This document shows, piece after piece, positions 36,366-41,010 of a stretch of DNA of 41,010 nt (its first letter is position 1; each line of letters opens with the position of its first letter). The DNA is from a virus. The stretch lies in the UHGV virus genome UHGV-0278352. One strand, 5' to 3'. Below the pieces are notes generated by a model that worked only from the letters and a program-made list of their open reading frames with translations, did not search any database and had not been told where the DNA came from. The translations under genes and the position numbers were made by a program.

Positions 36366-36380
36366 AGAAAGGAAAATGAA

Positions 36381-37286
36381 ATGAAACATGTTGAATTAAA
36401 CCTGACTCTTTTCGAAGGAGAAGGTGTAGGAGCAGATGGGGGAAGCGCGGTAGCAAGTGCGGAAGCTGATGTCATGAAGGCAGAGGCAAAAACAGAGGAA
36501 GGTGTTAATGGTATGGAATCTGTCGGGGAGGACTTGAAGAACCCGGCAGAAAAGGAAAAAACACCAGAAGAACGTCTGGAAGAATATAACCGTTTCAAAG
36601 CAGATTACAAGGATTTGTATGGTAAGGACGTGCAAAACGCGATTGGACGCAGGTATAAGGAAAACGAGCAGCTTAGACAGCAGATAGATGCGTATGGTCC
36701 ATTACTTAATACACTGTCTGCAAAATACGGATTAGAGAATCCAGATGTACAGATGCTTATGGAAGCGATTGACAAGGACAATTCCTTCTGGGAAGATGCT
36801 GCAATCAAAGAAGGGATGTCGGTTGAACAGTACAAAAAAATGAAGCAGTATGAAGCGGAACACAAGCAGATTATTGATGCAGCCAGGAAGGCGGAACAGG
36901 TTAGGCAGAAAGAGCAGACGTGGGAACGATGGAACCAGGAGGCAGAAGTGTGCGCCCAGAAGTTCCCACAGTTCAATATGGATGCAGAACTTAACAATTC
37001 GAATTTCATACGCCTGCTTGGGGCTGGTTTGGATGTTGAGAGCGCCTATAAAGCGGCGCATTTCGATGAACTGACCCAAGGTATCGCGAAACAGACGGAA
37101 CAGGAGACACGCAAGAAAGTGGCTGATAATATCCGCGCAGGAGCGGGAAGGCCATTGGAAAACGGGATAGGTGCCGGTGGCGCAAATAAAACGAAAACAA
37201 GCGCTTGGGATTTATCGAAGGATGAGTTTAGACAGTATCTGGAGAGATGTAAAAGCGGGGAACAGATTCAGACATTTGGAGCATAA
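36381..37286 (+). CDS. scaffolding protein (acidic, coiled-coil) with Prp-cleavable N-terminal motif
   Basis: ORF 36315..37286 with ATG 36381 (MKHVELNLTLFEG...); E/K-rich helical sequence; lies between prp and the capsid gene. Confidence 0.65.
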   Translation: MKHVELNLTLFEGEGVGADGGSAVASAEADVMKAEAKTEEGVNGMESVGEDLKNPAEKEKTPEERLEEYNRFKADYKDLYGKDVQNAIGRRYKENEQLRQQIDAYGPLLNTLSAKYGLENPDVQMLMEAIDKDNSFWEDAAIKEGMSVEQYKKMKQYEAEHKQIIDAARKAEQVRQKEQTWERWNQEAEVCAQKFPQFNMDAELNNSNFIRLLGAGLDVESAYKAAHFDELTQGIAKQTEQETRKKVADNIRAGAGRPLENGIGAGGANKTKTSAWDLSKDEFRQYLERCKSGEQIQTFGA

Positions 37287-37298
37287 GAAAGGAGAACT

Positions 37299-38285
37299 AT
37301 GAAAAAAATTTTATTGAACTTAAGGTTGTTTGAGGGTGCACCAGCCAATACAACCACAGCGGGCGGAATGTCTGTTGAGATGAAAACATTTTATGATCGG
37401 ACATTGATTGAGAATGCAGAGCCAGAGCTGATACATGACCAGTGGGCGCAGACCAGGGATATACCAAAGAATGGAGGAAAAACCATTGAATTCAGAAAAT
37501 ATGACCAGCTTCCAAAAGCCCTGACCCCGTTGACAGAGGGTGTAACACCAGAAGGGCAGGAAATGAGGGTTACAAAGATTGAGGCCACAGTAAAGCAGTA
37601 TGGCGGCTTCGTGGCTTTATCAGACCTACTCATTCTGACGGCACTTGATAACAACATTGTGGAAGCGAGTGAGCTAATAGGTTCCCAGGCAGGAAGAACG
37701 CTGGATACAATTTCCCGTGAGGTGATGAATGCCGGTACAAATGTACAATACGCAGAGGGACAGGTATCTTCCAGAAGCGCCATAACCAAAGATATGAAGT
37801 TGACGGTAAGGGCTGTAAAAATGGCCGTTCGTTTTCTTAAAAAGCAGAATGCAAAGAGAATCGGAGGATATTACTATGGAATCATTAATCAGGATTGTTC
37901 CTTTGATCTGACCGATGATGATAGATTCATCGAGGCCGTAAAATATAAGAACCCGGAAAGGATATACAATGGTGAAATTGGTCAGATTGAGGGGGTAAGG
38001 TTTGTGGAAACCACTGAGGCAAAAATTTTCCAAGGAGCCGGGGCCGAAGGGATTGATGTATATTCCACCCTTATTATTGCAGAAAACGCATACGCGACCA
38101 CTAAAATTAAAGGCGGGGGCCTGGAAACGATTATAAAGCAGCTTGGTTCCGCTGGTACAGCAGATCCATTGGACCAGCGCGCCACAGTAGGATGGAAAGC
38201 ACTTAAGGTTACGGAGATACTGTCACAGCAGTACATGGTACGTATTGAGACTGCATCCACATTTAATGATAACGTAGCAAATTAG
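37299..38285 (+). CDS. major capsid protein with N-terminal LLNLRLFEG propeptide motif
   Basis: 328 aa; follows the scaffold gene; N-terminal motif shared with the scaffold. Confidence 0.8.
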   Translation: MKKILLNLRLFEGAPANTTTAGGMSVEMKTFYDRTLIENAEPELIHDQWAQTRDIPKNGGKTIEFRKYDQLPKALTPLTEGVTPEGQEMRVTKIEATVKQYGGFVALSDLLILTALDNNIVEASELIGSQAGRTLDTISREVMNAGTNVQYAEGQVSSRSAITKDMKLTVRAVKMAVRFLKKQNAKRIGGYYYGIINQDCSFDLTDDDRFIEAVKYKNPERIYNGEIGQIEGVRFVETTEAKIFQGAGAEGIDVYSTLIIAENAYATTKIKGGGLETIIKQLGSAGTADPLDQRATVGWKALKVTEILSQQYMVRIETASTFNDNVAN

Positions 38286-38295
38286 GAGGTATTAA

Positions 38296-38649
38296 ATGGC
38301 AACAAAGAAGGTAACGCCAGAAGATATAACTGGACAGGATAAAACAGAGGTAGAGGCACAGGAGGGGGCTGCTGTTCTGGAAAAGGTAGAAGGGCCGGAT
38401 AACAAGGAAGAGACGGAAAACATAACACCGGGAAAAGAGGAACTTGTAAGATTCAGAATATCCAAAGGACGAACCGAAATTGAAAAACAGGATGTCTTTG
38501 TGGGCGTTAATGGTAAATCATATCTGTTAAAACGTGGTGTAGAAATGGAAATGCCGCGGTCAGTCTTGGAAGTGCTTATGAATGCAGAAAATCAGAACGA
38601 TTTTGCGTTTGATTATATGGAAAAAGTAAAATTCCAGGAAATCAAGTAG
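38296..38649 (+). CDS. hypothetical head-associated protein (117 aa)
   Basis: ORF track; RBS AGGAGG; position after the capsid gene. Confidence 0.5.
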   Translation: MATKKVTPEDITGQDKTEVEAQEGAAVLEKVEGPDNKEETENITPGKEELVRFRISKGRTEIEKQDVFVGVNGKSYLLKRGVEMEMPRSVLEVLMNAENQNDFAFDYMEKVKFQEIK

Positions 38650-38665
38650 AAAGGGAGCAGGCAGC

Positions 38666-40207
38666 ATGATAACAGTCAGAGGAAGAACGCTTATCATACC
38701 AGAATCTGAAAAACAGATAGGGACCACCTACGACAATAATTCAGAGGTGCGTCATATTCGCATAAGCCGTGTGACATCGGGAGGTATTGACATAGCTAAT
38801 CTAAACTTCCGGTTGGATCTAGAATATGCCGACAAAGTACTGGATACATGCCTGCTCGATGTAGAAGTCGGGGAAGAGTACATACTCTTGACTTGGACCA
38901 TTCCAGATACATGCATTGCTCAGATGGGAACTGTATGGATAGCGGTTAGAGCTTATGATGAAAATGGCACTGTAAAGTGGGCGACCAACAGAGGATTTGT
39001 CTATGTAGGACACACGATATTTGACGGTGATAGATACACAGGAAAACTGACAGAATTTGAACAGCTGGAGGAACGAATTACTCAAAAGGCAGAAACACTG
39101 GATGTTGACGAAAGTGAAAGGCAGGAAGCAGAAAAACAGCGTAAAGCCAATGAAGAAAGAAGAGTAAACAATGAAGCTGAATGGCAGAGGCAGGCAGAGA
39201 CAGCCATAACCGAAGCTAATACGACTCTGGAAAAGGCAACGGAAAAAGCAGATACAGCAAAGCGGGAGGCAGAGACAGCAACCACCAAAGCGAAGGAGGC
39301 AAGCGATAGCGCAGATGCAGCTGGGCTTAGTAAAGATAAAGCGGAGATGGCCGCAAACACTGCCGTAACCAAAGCGCAAGAGGTGCAGACAAACGTTGAT
39401 GCGGCTGTGGAGCTTAAGGAGCTGTCCCTTCAGGCGGCAATTACGGCAACTGACAAGGCGGCAGAGTCAAATGCAAGCGCAGAGAGAGCAGAAAGTAGTA
39501 CAACGCTCATATTGCAGGCAGAGGCCACTGTTACAAAAACCGCAGAACAAGTAAAGGCCGATGCAAAGACGGCGGCTGACAGTAGGGACATAGCCGTAAG
39601 CGAGGCAACGAAAGCCACGGAAAAGGCCAGCCAAGCAGATGCCAATGCCAAAGAAGTACAAAGGATTGTAGAAGGGCTGGGGGGATTTGATGGTACAGCA
39701 GAGCATGTGTTAGCCATTGATACCCAGGGAATCGCTGGAGATGCTGGAGAAACGAGTAACATACAAGCATTACTTAATGTATTGGCTCAAAAAGTTGCGT
39801 TGGAATTGGTGAGCAATTCAGCCCTTGCCACTATGCTAAGTGGGTACATTGCAAAGTCTTGCATTAAAAATACGGGACTGGTAACAGAGGAGGGATTTGT
39901 TGCAGATGCCAGACAGCTTAATCCAGAAATAGCGGATACCCTGGCCGCCAGGGTGAAGAAGAATGCAGAGGATATTGTTACTGCAAATAGCAATTTAGCA
40001 GCGGCCAATGCAAAGGTGACTTTAAACGGCGTCAAAAACATTAATGGTTTTACAGCCGTGTATTCTGACCGAACTGACCGGGCATTCCAGTTACAATATG
40101 GCTCCGGTGAGATTGCGTCAATTGCATTTAACAACACCGGTATCTGGTATGATTTTTATGACGGGGCAACATGGAAACGGATATGGAAATTTGATAAGCC
40201 ATCATAA
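38666..40207 (+). CDS. fibre/receptor-binding-type protein: BppU-like N-domain, Ala-rich coiled coil, C-terminal globular domain
   Basis: N-terminal about 130 aa beta-rich (VRHIRISRVTSGGIDIANLNFRLDLEY...), long central AEKQRKANEERR.../TKAKEASDSADAAGL coiled coil. Confidence 0.6.
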   Translation: MITVRGRTLIIPESEKQIGTTYDNNSEVRHIRISRVTSGGIDIANLNFRLDLEYADKVLDTCLLDVEVGEEYILLTWTIPDTCIAQMGTVWIAVRAYDENGTVKWATNRGFVYVGHTIFDGDRYTGKLTEFEQLEERITQKAETLDVDESERQEAEKQRKANEERRVNNEAEWQRQAETAITEANTTLEKATEKADTAKREAETATTKAKEASDSADAAGLSKDKAEMAANTAVTKAQEVQTNVDAAVELKELSLQAAITATDKAAESNASAERAESSTTLILQAEATVTKTAEQVKADAKTAADSRDIAVSEATKATEKASQADANAKEVQRIVEGLGGFDGTAEHVLAIDTQGIAGDAGETSNIQALLNVLAQKVALELVSNSALATMLSGYIAKSCIKNTGLVTEEGFVADARQLNPEIADTLAARVKKNAEDIVTANSNLAAANAKVTLNGVKNINGFTAVYSDRTDRAFQLQYGSGEIASIAFNNTGIWYDFYDGATWKRIWKFDKPS

Positions 40208-40210
40208 TAA

Positions 40211-40669
40211 TCATTTTGTGCTGAAGGCATATAGGTTCGTAAGGTTTGGAACTTGATTGTTATAACCAATAAATCGTACGGTATCACCTTTACGTACAGC
40301 AAACCATATAGGCATTGACGAATTGACTGTGACATCATTATTGACCCAAAAAATATTTATCCCATTTATAAGTACATTACAACCCTGAGCTGAGCTGTTA
40401 AAACCAATGGAGCCACAAACTATACAATCCTCTGTAGCTGTCCAACTGGTACCGTTAGCAAACCCATCTTTAATTTTTTTGCTGGTATCTATGTATGGTA
40501 AATTGCTATTTTCGCTAATAAGGAGCTGTCCTTGAAACAGCAGAAAGAGAGGATTTATGAAATTTTTAGAAGCCTTAAATAATATGAAAAAGGGAATTCC
40601 AATGAAGCTTCCGTCCTGGGGTGGATTTTGGTGTTGGGACACGAATGAGGAAACCATCGTCATGTACAC
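40211..40669 (-). CDS. questionable minus-strand ORF (152 aa, GTG start, N-terminal hydrophobic segment); conflicts with the DUF2829 gene start
   Basis: ORF track only; overlaps the 5' 113 nt of the plus-strand DUF2829 gene; no SD; may be spurious or a reverse-oriented membrane/exclusion gene. Confidence 0.25.
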   Translation of the reverse strand: MYMTMVSSFVSQHQNPPQDGSFIGIPFFILFKASKNFINPLFLLFQGQLLISENSNLPYIDTSKKIKDGFANGTSWTATEDCIVCGSIGFNSSAQGCNVLINGINIFWVNNDVTVNSSMPIWFAVRKGDTVRFIGYNNQVPNLTNLYAFSTK

Positions 40670-41010
40670 AAAGGATAATCAGCGGCTTGATATACGCGAA
40701 ACACAAAGGGTGGAATATACACTGAGGAATGTGATGTCGGATGAATGGGAAGTCGCCAATGGGGAAAATACACCCATCTTGGGCGGAACTGCCGCCTTTG
40801 GTTTTGGCGATGCTGTTAAATACATGAAACGCGGATTAAAAGTTAAAAGACAGGGATGGAACGGGAAAAATCAGCATATCGAACTGGCAGCTGATATCAG
40901 CTATAAAAATGCAGATGGCGAGATTGTAAACTGCTTGCATGATGCCATTGGAAACAAAGCCATTGCGTTTGTTGGCACGAGCGGCGTACAGATGGGATGG
41001 CTGGCAAGCC
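40557..41010 (+). CDS. tandem-repeat DUF2829 protein (Tad2-like candidate anti-Thoeris sponge), 3'-truncated by the window end
   Basis: MKFLEALNNMKKGIPMKLPSW and FGFGDAVKYMKRGLKVKRQGWNGK each match the DUF2829 N-terminal signature (F.EAL..(L/M)K.G.K(V/M).R..W); RBS AGAGAGG; no stop before 41010. Confidence 0.65.
   Translation, partial: MKFLEALNNMKKGIPMKLPSWGGFWCWDTNEETIVMYTKDNQRLDIRETQRVEYTLRNVMSDEWEVANGENTPILGGTAAFGFGDAVKYMKRGLKVKRQGWNGKNQHIELAADISYKNADGEIVNCLHDAIGNKAIAFVGTSGVQMGWLAS

Noticed and set aside
40680-40692. Second CTTGATA heptamer (cttgatata) inside the DUF2829 gene
   Set aside because: A 7-mer is expected several times by chance in 41 kb. There is no adjacent hairpin or rep gene, unlike the copy at 30408 directly upstream of rep.
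1-41010. CRISPR arrays, rRNA, canonical tRNA genes, diversity-generating retroelement
   Set aside because: No regularly spaced identical repeats with unique spacers; no reverse transcriptase; the only tRNA-like sequence (29061-29117) lacks a D-arm. None of these could be supported.

Overview
The whole 41 kb window reads as one temperate-phage or phage-plasmid-like mobile element of a low-GC, probably spore-forming Firmicutes (Clostridia-type) host. I found no flanking host DNA. All calls are by eye from the sequence and the ORF track. Gene order, left to right: (1) a late region on the + strand with a holin and an endolysin, two tandem paralogous tail-fibre genes with C-terminal S74-type chaperone domains, a Q/N/Y-rich protein, and a 2483-aa ORF carrying an HExxH motif, closed by a strong terminator. 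(2) A standalone Spo0A C-terminal DNA-binding domain gene between two terminators. (3) A minus-strand lysogeny operon: immR-like repressor, immA metalloprotease, an AT-rich membrane protein and a large serine recombinase, with a divergent Cro-like gene and TCTAAGAAA operator repeats. (4) An early region of small genes including a ParA/ParB partition pair flanked by paralogous small proteins, an AT-rich transmembrane protein, a Lar-like restriction-alleviation protein and an ASCH protein. (5) A tRNA-like fragment with inverted repeats, a frameshifted tyrosine integrase, and a CTTGATA nick-site hairpin directly upstream of a HUH rolling-circle Rep. (6) A head module: terS, terL, portal, Prp-like cysteine protease, scaffold and major capsid protein (both carrying the LNLxLFEG N-terminal motif), and a BppU-like fibre. 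(7) At the window end, the start of a tandem DUF2829 (Tad2-like) gene. I saw no CRISPR array, no rRNA and no canonical tRNA. The features most worth a second look are the phage-encoded Spo0A effector domain, the giant zincin-motif protein, the two AT-rich membrane proteins in defence-island positions that share a 40-nt regulatory element, the co-occurrence of a partition system, an RCR replicon and two recombinases, and the DUF2829 candidate anti-Thoeris sponge.
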